Assembly (NCBI GenBank): GCA_963668355.1
Contig: OY764265.1
Location: 576,001-640,000, forward strand
DNA: 64,000 nucleotides
Origin: Bdellovibrionota bacterium
GTDB taxonomy: Bacteria > Bdellovibrionota_G > JALEGL01 > DATDPG01
Direction of reading: 5' to 3'
The position numbers and the translations under genes were made by a program. The notes beneath the pieces were generated by a model. It searched no databases. It worked only from the letters and a program-made list of their open reading frames with translations, and was not told the DNA's origin. Below are positions 52,543 to 62,758 of this stretch, piece after piece. How positions within the stretch are numbered: the first letter of the stretch is position 1; each line of letters starts with the position of its first letter.

Positions 52543-53090
52543 CGACACGGGGGAGGAAGAACCTCCCGGTTCACAAACTCAAGAAGCATTTCTTTTGCAG
52601 CCGGAGAACAGGTTTGTCCATCGATGATGGCCGGGCCGATGGCCGCGCCTCCAATGGCGAGTTTAAAACCAATGGCCAAGCCCCCAACCGCAATGGAACC
52701 CACAGCCAAGCCACCGAGCGAAAGCCCCAATCCAACAGCCACCCCGCCCAAGGCCAACAAGCCACCGAGCGAAATGCCTCCAAAGGAAACCGCCCCCAGG
52801 GCGATCCCACCGAATGAAATCAACCCCACGCTGATATTTCCCATGGCGATGACCCCTTTGGCCACCTTCGGTCGCCCGGTCTGGGGATTGATCCCGGCGC
52901 AAATATGGACCATCGGCCAATTTCCCCATTTGGCTTTCGAAACATATTCGTAGCCCAAGACCCCTTTTCGCTCCAAACAAGGTCGACAGATGAGCTTGGG
53001 CGCATCCACCCCCACACACTCTCGGCACATGGCTTTTCCACAGACCATACAAACGCCAATGGAAGGCGTATCATGCAGAAAACAGTTCAT
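52539..53090 (-). CDS. Hypothetical protein: B-box-like Zn finger plus Gly-rich hydrophobic repeats
   Basis: MNCFLH....CMVCGKAMCREC...CRPC, then AKGVIAMGNISVGLISFGG.. repeats. Confidence 0.7.
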   Translation of the reverse strand: MNCFLHDTPSIGVCMVCGKAMCRECVGVDAPKLICRPCLERKGVLGYEYVSKAKWGNWPMVHICAGINPQTGRPKVAKGVIAMGNISVGLISFGGIALGAVSFGGISLGGLLALGGVAVGLGLSLGGLAVGSIAVGGLAIGFKLAIGGAAIGPAIIDGQTCSPAAKEMLLEFVNREVLPPPCR

Positions 53091-53247
53091 CTCGAAACCA
53101 AGATATCACAAGATTTTTCCGATCCCCCACTCAAAGGATTGCCCAGGAAAGGAATTTCTAGTATCAAGACCGCCAGTTCCCGTCCGGGATTGCGAAAGTT
53201 TTGACCTGGACAAGAATGGAACGAGAATTCTTTGAAAATTCGTCAAC

Positions 53248-54784
<1,537 letters not shown>

Positions 54785-54846
54785 TTTTTCTTATCTCTTT
54801 TTTTCCCACGGCGCAGAAAGTTTTTTTGAAAAAATATATATAACAA

Positions 54847-54865
54847 CCCCGCGCAAGGTGCGGGG
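54847..54865 (-). terminator. Possible intrinsic terminator upstream of the recombinase
   Basis: Minus strand CCCCGC-accttgc-GCGGGG followed by TTGTTATATATATTTTTT. Confidence 0.45.
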
Positions 54866-54870
54866 ACCTT

Positions 54871-55317
54871 CTCGAACTTTTCGGTGTCGCAGCGAACCCT
54901 CGAATTTGATTATGATTTTCCGTGGTCGGCCCTGGCCCGAAGGGCCCAAAATGAAAAATGGCGGGGGTGTTGGAACTTAGTTCGACTTTATGGGAAAAGA
55001 AAATGGCGGGAGATGATGAAGTAGTCGACTGAGCAAAGGCCGCGCCGTCGCCTCAGAAGGCTCCGTCACGCCCTTTGCAAACAAAGCAAACGTCCCGCCA
55101 CCCCTACGGGTGTCATGCCGTTTGCACGCCAGAGCAAGCCCCCTGCCAACCCGCCGCCACACGTTGCGTGTCGGCGGCTTGTCATGCGGCTTGCAGTCAA
55201 ACCAGGCTGTGCTTTTTCGAAAGCGAACATTCCACACGAAGGCCCTGGTCTCTCTTTTTCCGGCCCGTAGGGCCGATGGATTAGGCCCAGAAAAGAAGAA
55301 CGAAGCGGCTCTGCCGC
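54871..55317 (-). repeat. Internal inverted attP-like junction (IR1 right copy + core + IR2 left copy)
   Basis: 54871-54964 = revcomp of 53336-53429; 54959-55317 = revcomp of 61562-61920 with mismatches at 55282 and 55312; the two overlap on TGGCGG. Confidence 0.93.
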
Positions 55318-55429
55318 CACCTTATTCTTCCCCGCGAGGATCGGGCGGAGTGGGGGTGCGGGGGAAACGCAGCCCGATCAGAGCGGTTCTATACTTACCG
55401 CCTATCACCACAGCTTCGAAAAATTACGA

Positions 55430-56185
55430 TCACATCACATCATTAAGCTCGTCGAGCCAATACGTTCCGAACCGATAGTAGTTGTAAGGATTTAGAGTAT
55501 TCCTTTCGCAGTAAGCCCTGAGGTTCGTAAGCGCGGTATTCAAGAGTTTTGCTAAAAACGCAAAGGGATAAACCAGTTCCCAGGTTTCTGTCGGATCGTC
55601 TGTTGGTTCAAGAGCAGTTTGAGAGTGATAAACAGGGGCATCTCCAGTGGCTAATCCCTGGTGTCCTCTACCTCTAAAGCGAATTTCATGAACAAGGGAA
55701 TTACGCATTTGCCACAAGAGATTCCAGTGTTGAAGGTCTTCAATTTCACTCTTGTCGTAGCCCCTTGGCCATCGCTTCCTCACCTCATCGACCTCAATGT
55801 CATCAACAATCGTTAAAATATTCCCTGGTTTCCAGGCATCAATCTTCTGATTGCCAAACACTCTAAGATCTTCGAATTCTTGAGAAGGATGTATCTGAAG
55901 GTAACGAACTAAATGTGGCACACTGATTCTCTCGCCATCTTTCCAATCGCAGAAATTCTTAATCAAATTTAAAAAGCGTTTTCGATTTTCCTTGGTATCA
56001 CCAACACAACGCGAAAGCGTGTCCAACATGGAAAAACACGATAGGCACTTAAAAAGAAGCCCGTGGGGAACATCGATGTCGTCTAAGTCTTTGCGTAGTT
56101 TTGCGAAATATTCAAAGAAACGCTCTATATCCGACCCCAGCAGATCCCGGCCCTTTCCTGAGTTCCTTTGTTCTTGATTGGGCAT
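55430..56185 (-). CDS. Putative HEPN-domain protein
   Basis: RNSLVH (R-X4-H) after a helix, upstream LDTLS...RF motif; start MPNQEQ with RBS AGGAG. Confidence 0.65.
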   Translation of the reverse strand: MPNQEQRNSGKGRDLLGSDIERFFEYFAKLRKDLDDIDVPHGLLFKCLSCFSMLDTLSRCVGDTKENRKRFLNLIKNFCDWKDGERISVPHLVRYLQIHPSQEFEDLRVFGNQKIDAWKPGNILTIVDDIEVDEVRKRWPRGYDKSEIEDLQHWNLLWQMRNSLVHEIRFRGRGHQGLATGDAPVYHSQTALEPTDDPTETWELVYPFAFLAKLLNTALTNLRAYCERNTLNPYNYYRFGTYWLDELNDVM

Positions 56186-56282
56186 CTCTCGACTCCTTTT
56201 GAGAAAAAGAAAAGACACTTCTATCAAACAAATCCGACAAAAGAAATTTAACATTTTGCGCCATTGAATTAACATGCATCTC

Positions 56283-57551
56283 ATGGCCACGGCAACGCAT
56301 ATTCGGGACAACTTGGTCCTCTCAAAGGCAATTCTAGCGGGGCAGTTTTCTGATGATCAGGAAACCGTAAATCAGATTGAAAGAATTTGGAAAGACCTGG
56401 AGCCCGTTTTGAACGCTAAAGCTATCGACTATTGTTTAACACAATACGTTCAAGCCGAACTCGATTTTGAATCACCAAGTAAACGAGGTCTCGGTCGCGT
56501 CACTGAAGTCATTCCAAGGTTGGGGGCATTTTTCAGGAAGCCGATGTCGCGAATCTCAAAAGAAGATTTAAATGAGCTAAAAACCTTAATCGAAACTCAA
56601 TGCCTGCTGGGCTACCTGACGCATATTTTCTTTTGCGAAAATGAAATCGTTGACGTTTCTCATACAGACCACGAACAAATCTATACCGCATGGCTTCCCT
56701 CAATTTATTCAAACGACCTCGGCGATATGAGTGAGGACATGGAACAACTCTTTTCTCTGTGCAGCTTTCGAGGCAAACATGGATTAAAAAGTTTCTTTGA
56801 TGCACATGGGATGAAAGCAGGCTTTTTTCAATCGGACGATATGGCAGACGTAATTATTCTGTACTACTTCGCTGCTGGTTTTATCCTTCGTGAAACAGAG
56901 CTAAAATTTATCGCCGAAACAGCCGAAGACTCAGAACTAGAAAATGGTGCAGAAAAAGTGTGGTCATGGGACATTTTTGAAGGACAATCAAACACACCAG
57001 ATGTGTTGGAGGCCAAGGGCAAGGATTTGGCAGATGCGGTTTATGCATTGAGTTTTCTGGAGGTTGGAACCTTTATTGAGACCCTGAAGGATGAGGACTT
57101 CCTGGAAGAAGATGAAATCGATGAGTTAAAGCCTGTTCATGAGTTGATTGTCTTTTTGAGGGTATACGCAACGTTACAAGTTTTTTTGAAGCTAACAGAG
57201 TGTTCAAGTGATGATACGCAATTACTCATAAAAGCTCTTATGACTCAGCTCATAGAAAAATCAATGGCATCCTTAAATCAAATCGCGGAAGAAGGCGAAG
57301 ACAAACGAGCTGCCCAGGTCTTAATTGGAGCCGGGTTAGTGAACCGTCAGGAACGAGGTAAAATCTATAGCACCCTGTGGGAAAAAGATTTGGAGAATGA
57401 CGGAAAAGAAGCTTTTGATGAATTTGGAAGTGAGATGTGCAGACTCATGGGAAAAAAGCAAAATAAACAAATCTCAGACCTTGCAGTTTTAATGGCCTTG
57501 CGGACATGCAAAGCCTTGAATATGGAACAACTACTGGAAGGCAAGGATTAG
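56283..57551 (+). CDS. Hypothetical acidic helical protein
   Basis: 422-aa ORF, no recognisable motif. Confidence 0.7.
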   Translation: MATATHIRDNLVLSKAILAGQFSDDQETVNQIERIWKDLEPVLNAKAIDYCLTQYVQAELDFESPSKRGLGRVTEVIPRLGAFFRKPMSRISKEDLNELKTLIETQCLLGYLTHIFFCENEIVDVSHTDHEQIYTAWLPSIYSNDLGDMSEDMEQLFSLCSFRGKHGLKSFFDAHGMKAGFFQSDDMADVIILYYFAAGFILRETELKFIAETAEDSELENGAEKVWSWDIFEGQSNTPDVLEAKGKDLADAVYALSFLEVGTFIETLKDEDFLEEDEIDELKPVHELIVFLRVYATLQVFLKLTECSSDDTQLLIKALMTQLIEKSMASLNQIAEEGEDKRAAQVLIGAGLVNRQERGKIYSTLWEKDLENDGKEAFDEFGSEMCRLMGKKQNKQISDLAVLMALRTCKALNMEQLLEGKD

Positions 57552-57763
57552 GCTTAGATGCAAACGAGCGACACACAACCTCGTTCTGCAGTTCGATTCT
57601 GTTTCACCATAACCGAACTCAAATACCAAACTGTCAACGATGCCGTCCGCCATCTTGGTACCGCCCAAGACATCCGCGATCTCTTTATCGGCTTTAAGAA
57701 ATATTTGTATGGGAGAAAAGACAATAAAGCTTAATTCGACACCTTTAAATTTATCTCGATCAG

Positions 57764-59062
57764 ATGGATAACATTGATTACAGGTTAGACCGATCGTTTC
57801 ATATCGAGGGCAGATGGTGGCTACCAGAATGTCGCGAAAAGGCCGTGGATGGCGTTCTTTCATATGAACCTGAAAATACTCTTCGGCTTGTAATATCGGG
57901 TTCATTTTTTCCTCCCGGAACGGAGTTACTCTCGCAGGCGCCAGAACTACCGTTAGTTCATGGATTATTGAACGATAGTAAGAAAGTTACTTTGAGAAAG
58001 GGATTCGTTTCGAATTATTCTTTCGCTGCGTCTTCAAGCATCACGATTGATGCCTCACAATTGTTTGTCGGCAAGCACCTTAAGGAGAAGAATGATTTTA
58101 GTTTTTCAGAAATTGGCTTTCATTTCGAGGGCTTCGAAAGCTGGTTTCTCCAGCAACCTCTTAAGACAAATGTTGATCGAGTTGAAAAGGGGGATCAAGC
58201 AACCATATATTTTTCAAAACCAAACGAACTCCGAATTTATGTGCCCACTTTATTGGTCGAATTCTTCACTTGGACAGACACCACTGTTGGCATACCGGGC
58301 CCAGTGTCGACATCCGCTTCCATAGCTTTTGTTCGAAAGCTCGGCTTACAGGCCAAGGGATGCCGTTCATTGGGATGGTTACTTAAACGCTATTCGATCA
58401 TCCGGACCTTTTTCAGCCTCCTTGTAGGAGACCCTTTAAGAACGACCAAAATCATCCTTCGCAAAAATAAAAGAGAAAGCCCGATTCATTTAATTCATAT
58501 TTTTCGTCAGCCTCCCGACAAAGGATCTAATTTTCATCCCGCAACAATGTGCTTTCCTTATACGATGAAACCGGAGGCAGTAGCTAACATGCTCGACAAA
58601 TGGTCCAAAATGTACGCCAAGTCGGAACCTACATTCCAACTTCTATGGGAAATCGAAAGTGCTTCGAAAAACTTTGACTATTTTTCCTTTTTGGCCTCAG
58701 CTCAGGCTCTAGAAAGCTACTATTCTTACGTGGCGATAGGAAAGAAGAATGGATATTTGCGCGAGGCCTTACCTTACTTACTAAAACGGCAAAAAACGCA
58801 GATTCGAAAACTCATTACCAGGCAACCAAGAAAGCTAAAAACTCGAACAATAGCAACTCGGAATTATTACACCCATTTCAACCCAAAGTATCGCCGTGAC
58901 ATACTTGAAGGAAGTAAGCTTTTTTATATTTCGCAAAAGCTACTGCTACTACTTAAGATCGATATTTTGAGAAGGCTTGGGTTACCACAAGACATGATTG
59001 TCAAAGGACTCAAACGGCATCCAAAGCATGGCTTTTTTCTTGAACGCCGAGTTCCTTTGTAA
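57764..59062 (+). CDS. ApeA-like protein (ApeA N-terminal domain + HEPN)
   Basis: N-terminal GRWWLPE...GVLSY...VHG....KVTL; C-terminal FL...QALESY and TRNYYTH HEPN motif. Confidence 0.8.
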   Translation: MDNIDYRLDRSFHIEGRWWLPECREKAVDGVLSYEPENTLRLVISGSFFPPGTELLSQAPELPLVHGLLNDSKKVTLRKGFVSNYSFAASSSITIDASQLFVGKHLKEKNDFSFSEIGFHFEGFESWFLQQPLKTNVDRVEKGDQATIYFSKPNELRIYVPTLLVEFFTWTDTTVGIPGPVSTSASIAFVRKLGLQAKGCRSLGWLLKRYSIIRTFFSLLVGDPLRTTKIILRKNKRESPIHLIHIFRQPPDKGSNFHPATMCFPYTMKPEAVANMLDKWSKMYAKSEPTFQLLWEIESASKNFDYFSFLASAQALESYYSYVAIGKKNGYLREALPYLLKRQKTQIRKLITRQPRKLKTRTIATRNYYTHFNPKYRRDILEGSKLFYISQKLLLLLKIDILRRLGLPQDMIVKGLKRHPKHGFFLERRVPL

Positions 59063-59157
59063 GCTGGTGAACAACCTGTCGTTTTGGCGACATATGACGC
59101 AACTTGGGCCGGAACCATCTAGATGGGTTTCACACGAATAAGCCCGAAGCAAATAGA

Positions 59158-59421
59158 TTAGCAATAATATGTTCTCAATTCCTCCAAATCCTTTTGCGTT
59201 TGATCGATAATTTTTTTAAAGCAGGAAGAACAATATCTCTTAAGTGAGCTGAAACCAGACCCACCTTTAGGAATTCCAAAACAATCTTGGCCAACATGAA
59301 TGGCACAACCGCAACGAAAACATTCGCTTTTAGCTTTTACCTCGACTTTTTTTGGCCTGCCATTGGAAAGGCCGATCAATGATGGAGTCTTTCCTCTAGG
59401 CTTTTTGTTTTTTGTATTCAT
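59158..59421 (-). CDS. Small Cys-rich putative Zn-finger protein
   Basis: CFRC, DCF, YCSSC; start overlaps the helicase 3' end. Confidence 0.7.
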   Translation of the reverse strand: MNTKNKKPRGKTPSLIGLSNGRPKKVEVKAKSECFRCGCAIHVGQDCFGIPKGGSGFSSLKRYCSSCFKKIIDQTQKDLEELRTYYC

Positions 59422-61453
59422 CTTGAACCTTCTTCAATCTCCGAACTAACTTTTGGAGAATTTGTTCCAGCGCATCAATTGAAGTCTTGAATTCGGACGT
59501 ACTCCAGCTTTTCCTATCCTTACCAAGGCTTTCGTTAACTTCCTTGTTAATCATCATCACCGCAGCAACAAAATTGTTCTTCGCTCTTATATTCAAAATC
59601 GAATACTTGTAAGGTATTTCAGTTCCTTGAATTTGCAGACCGACATTGTTCAGAAGTATTTTGGCTGTGTGTTTTACGCTCTCATTAAGTCTACGCTTTG
59701 CCTCTTCCCACTCCCTTTGCGGTTGCGTTGGAAATGGCTCTGATGCCTTTCTTCGAATCAACGTTGGTCTCTGCGAATTTCTTACTATGGCTTCAGCTTG
59801 AGAGGGATCTAATCCGAGTGCCTCCAGTCTCTCCTTTAGGTCTTCCACTATATGTCTATCTTCAATGGTCGAAAAATCCTCTTCCCACAGTGAATCTATT
59901 ATTTCGCCACTCACTACCACATCACTTTCAGCCAATCTGAGCCTAGCTGAACCGTCCATAACTCCTTTTGGCACTTCTGGTTCTTCTCCACCTATAACTT
60001 TTTCCCAGAACGCTTCATCGTCATTTTCGAATTGTTTGAATTCCTTTAATCGTTGATCAAGATTCATGCCCAAATGAGTTACGATGTGCCCCATGTTATC
60101 AGGGTGAATTGGATCATTTTGAACAATGACTCTCATGATCCGACCCACAAACTGGAGATACGGAGCCAAGTTTCGGAAGGGCCGAAAGACAGCTGCAACA
60201 CTGAGCTTAGGATGATCAAACCCTTCTCCAAGCATCTGAACCTGAACAATACAATCTAGAGTCCCGTTTTTGAGATTGGCCATTATCTGGTTTTGTTCAT
60301 TTTCATCTTGCCGACTATGTATAATCTCAGCAGAGTAACCGCGCTCTCTGTACATCGACCGTATTTCTTTTCCATGATTTATTGAGCATGCTACAGCAAT
60401 CAATTGGTGTCTTGTCCCAGTTTGTCTTAAGTCTTCAAGCTTCTGAAGGCTGTTATCAACGATGCTTTGATTGCACGGTCTGGCAAGAGCAACCCCTCGA
60501 CTAAACCAATCCTCTTCTTTAAGCTTAAGGACTTCGGTTAGCGAATAAGTGCGATTTTCTTTATCTGAAAACACCAACTGGATTTCGGAGGGTGCAACAT
60601 AGCTGGCTTTGAGTCTTTTTATATATCCTTTTAAAGTGGCACTTCTGAAAGGATAACGATAAACGAGTTCTCCATCGATTTCTTTTTGGTCGCTACGAAA
60701 TGGAGTGGCCGTCATATGTACAACCTTCGCTTCTGGAAAGTTTTCAAGAACCTTTTTCCAACTATCGGCGGCACTATGATGAGCCTCATCAATAATAATC
60801 ATATCGAAGAAACTACTTGAAAATTGTTCAAGCCATTTTTCCACGTTTGTAGAAAGTTGATGAATATTAGTTATTACAAAATGGGCCTTTTCAGCTACCG
60901 AGACATTCCCAGTTTCGAGAGTGCAAGCAAGAGGCCCATTTATCATTTGATCGTTCGAAAGAACGGCCGTTTTACGCCAAAAACATTTCGGCCGATTTGT
61001 AATATCCATAGCTTCGAACAAGGTGTTCTTGATTGTTAAATTAGGTGAAATGACTAGGACACGACCCTTTGCAATACCCAGGGGCAAAATGGCCGCTAAA
61101 CCAGATTTTCCACAGCCAACAGGAATTTGAATAATTCCTTTATTCTTACCCTTGGCAAAAAATTCATATGTTCTGAGATAAGCATCCCTCTGAGGCTCGC
61201 GTAGTGCCTCATTGAACTCGATGTTGAAATCAAGGTTAGAGAAAAATGCTTCTATCGGTTGATTCTGGGAAACCCATTTATCGAGGCACTCCTTGCTGAA
61301 AGCCCACTTCTTTCCGATCTTGTTTGAAGGAATCCGCCCCTCCCGAGCTAACGTGTAAAGCACTGTCTTTCCAATTCCGAGATATTTAGCAGCCCCCTCT
61401 ACGGTCAACCAACGCGCCTGATACCCGACATCTTCGTTTGCTTTGTTTGTCAT
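59396..61453 (-). CDS. Excisionase-like HTH fused to a SF2 DExH (ResIII-like) helicase
   Basis: WLTVEGAAKYLGIGKTVLYTLAREGRIP..KIGKKWAF; PVGCGKS, DEAHH, TATP, MLGEGFD, QFVGRIMR. Confidence 0.9.
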   Translation of the reverse strand: MTNKANEDVGYQARWLTVEGAAKYLGIGKTVLYTLAREGRIPSNKIGKKWAFSKECLDKWVSQNQPIEAFFSNLDFNIEFNEALREPQRDAYLRTYEFFAKGKNKGIIQIPVGCGKSGLAAILPLGIAKGRVLVISPNLTIKNTLFEAMDITNRPKCFWRKTAVLSNDQMINGPLACTLETGNVSVAEKAHFVITNIHQLSTNVEKWLEQFSSSFFDMIIIDEAHHSAADSWKKVLENFPEAKVVHMTATPFRSDQKEIDGELVYRYPFRSATLKGYIKRLKASYVAPSEIQLVFSDKENRTYSLTEVLKLKEEDWFSRGVALARPCNQSIVDNSLQKLEDLRQTGTRHQLIAVACSINHGKEIRSMYRERGYSAEIIHSRQDENEQNQIMANLKNGTLDCIVQVQMLGEGFDHPKLSVAAVFRPFRNLAPYLQFVGRIMRVIVQNDPIHPDNMGHIVTHLGMNLDQRLKEFKQFENDDEAFWEKVIGGEEPEVPKGVMDGSARLRLAESDVVVSGEIIDSLWEEDFSTIEDRHIVEDLKERLEALGLDPSQAEAIVRNSQRPTLIRRKASEPFPTQPQREWEEAKRRLNESVKHTAKILLNNVGLQIQGTEIPYKYSILNIRAKNNFVAAVMMINKEVNESLGKDRKSWSTSEFKTSIDALEQILQKLVRRLKKVQDEYKKQKA

Positions 61454-61490
61454 TTGGTGTCATTTGATAACATATGATAGCATTTGTCAA
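61451..61490 (-). promoter_or_regulatory. Four 10-bp phased direct repeats overlapping a TTGACA -35 element and the helicase start codon
   Basis: Plus strand CATTTG at 61451, 61461 and 61481 and CATATG at 61471; TTGACA on the minus strand at 61490-61485. Confidence 0.7.
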
Positions 61491-61561
61491 TCTTTAGATT
61501 TTTTGGCTCGGAAACCTTCAGCCCCCGCTACAATAAGCTCCGAGCCGAGCCTTTGAATGGC

Positions 61562-61920
61562 GCGGCGGAGCCGCTTCGTTCTTCTTTTCTGGGCCTTATC
61601 CATCGGCCCTACGGGCCGGAAAAAGAGAGACCAGGGCCTTCGTGTGGAATGTTCGCTTTCGAAAAAGCACAGCCTGGTTTGACTGCAAGCCGCATGACAA
61701 GCCGCCGACACGCAACGTGTGGCGGCGGGTTGGCAGGGGGCTTGCTCTGGCGTGCAAACGGCATGACACCCGTAGGGGTGGCGGGACGTTTGCTTTGTTT
61801 GCAAAGGGCGTGACGGAGCCTTCTGAGGCGACGGCGCGGCCTTTGCTCAGTCGACTACTTCATCATCTCCCGCCATTTTCTTTTCCCATAAAGTCGAACT
61901 AAGTTCCAACACCCCCGCCA
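61562..61920 (+). repeat. IR2 right copy (P arm + core = attR)
   Basis: 359-bp reverse complement of 54959-55317; ORF track shows identical 86-aa translations on opposite strands. Confidence 0.95.
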
Positions 61921-61921
61921 G

Positions 61922-61957
61922 AAAAAAGTCCATGACGAATGTCGTGGGCTTTTTTTT
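61922..61957 (+). terminator. Intrinsic terminator, probably the displaced tRNA-Ser terminator
   Basis: AAAAAAGTCCATGAC-gaat-GTCGTGGGCTTTTTTTT immediately after the attR core. Confidence 0.75.
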
Positions 61958-61961
61958 GGTC

Positions 61962-62072
61962 GGAGAGGTTTTACAAAAAACAAATTTGACGGGGGCCCAC
62001 CAAAGGTGGGCAGACAAATTTGCTCTCTAGGGAACTACATGCGAGAGCATGTGAATCCCTCCCTCTCCGCCA
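61962..62072 (+). other. tRNA-mimicking (RtT-like) repeat
   Basis: Starts GGAGAGG and ends with the same 20 bp as tRNA-Ser (GAATCCCTCCCTCTCCGCCA); interior replaced by hairpins, no D or anticodon arm. Confidence 0.6.
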
Positions 62073-62253
62073 TTTTTCATTTTGGGCCCTTCGGGCCAAC
62101 ACGACCCAAGGAAAATCATAATCAAATTCGAGGGTTCACAAACTTTCGTTTGTAGACCTGTTTGATTTTCGCTTCGGACCCAGCTGCGCTGAGTTCCCCC
62201 TCAGCTCAGGTTTCGTAATGCTTCAGGTTTGCTGCGACACCGAAAAGTTTGAG
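62067..62253 (+). mobile_element. Second attL-like junction with a diverged P' arm interrupted by a 93-bp insertion
   Basis: 62073-62137 and 62231-62253 align to 53342-53406 and 53407-53429; no recombinase follows within the window. Confidence 0.7.
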
Positions 62254-62481
62254 TCTTCGGACCGTTGGTTGTTCGATTTTGGCGCCCCGCCCCCGCCTTC
62301 CGCCCATCTTGACACCTTGAACCTGAACATTCTCGATAGACCGAGCCTGAGGGGTACCCAGCGAAGCTGGGGCGAAGGCGAGCTCTCCACAGGTCTGCGA
62401 ACGAAAGTTCGCGAATCTCTCTGAAAACTCCATGAATGGCCACAAAGCCCCCATTTTTCGCACACCTGTGCATCTTATCCA

Positions 62482-62700
62482 TCAAAATGAAGTCTGCTTC
62501 TCTTGCGCCTTTGTGCCGATCTCGACCGCTTCCGTATATTCCGCATCCACTAAATAGATCTCGTCACTGATCTCAGCATCAACGTACTCCCCATCCCCTT
62601 GACCACCTTCAGCCTGCCGTATCCATTCCGGTGGGCCCGTCGCCCGCTCCTCCCTCGTTGGCTCTTCTAAATGACGCCAAATGCTTCTTTTGGGTCGGTT
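62482..62700 (-). pseudogene. Start-less fragment resembling an IS91-family transposase C-terminus
   Basis: TDPKEA (other frame) then IWRHLEEPTREERATGPPEW...EIYLVDAEY; recognised by pattern only. Confidence 0.3.
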
Positions 62701-62758
62701 CTGACCCTAACATCTCGAAAGAGTTCCGGTGACACGCGCCGAAACCCGAATTCTCTTC

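Noticed and set aside
54871..55317. Pure assembly artefact from mixed integrated and excised forms
   Set aside because: Considered less likely, not excluded: such artefacts give direct, identical repeats, while these are inverted, differ at two positions and have a distinct interrupted extension at 54808-54870
54977..55478. Duplicated 69-122 aa ORFs here and at 61484-61902
   Set aside because: They are by-products of the GC-rich palindromic inverted repeat; no RBS or protein-like composition
59396..61453. Type I or III restriction subunit
   Set aside because: No methyltransferase or specificity gene in the element and no evident nuclease motif
62053..62072. 20-bp tRNA 3'-end duplicate as the attR of the first element
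   Set aside because: It is followed by another P' arm (attL-like), whereas the internal attP junction and the terminator at 61922 place attR at 61915-61920
61962..62072. A second functional tRNA-Ser
   Set aside because: No D arm, anticodon arm or TTC T-loop; only the acceptor stem and 3' T-stem are retained
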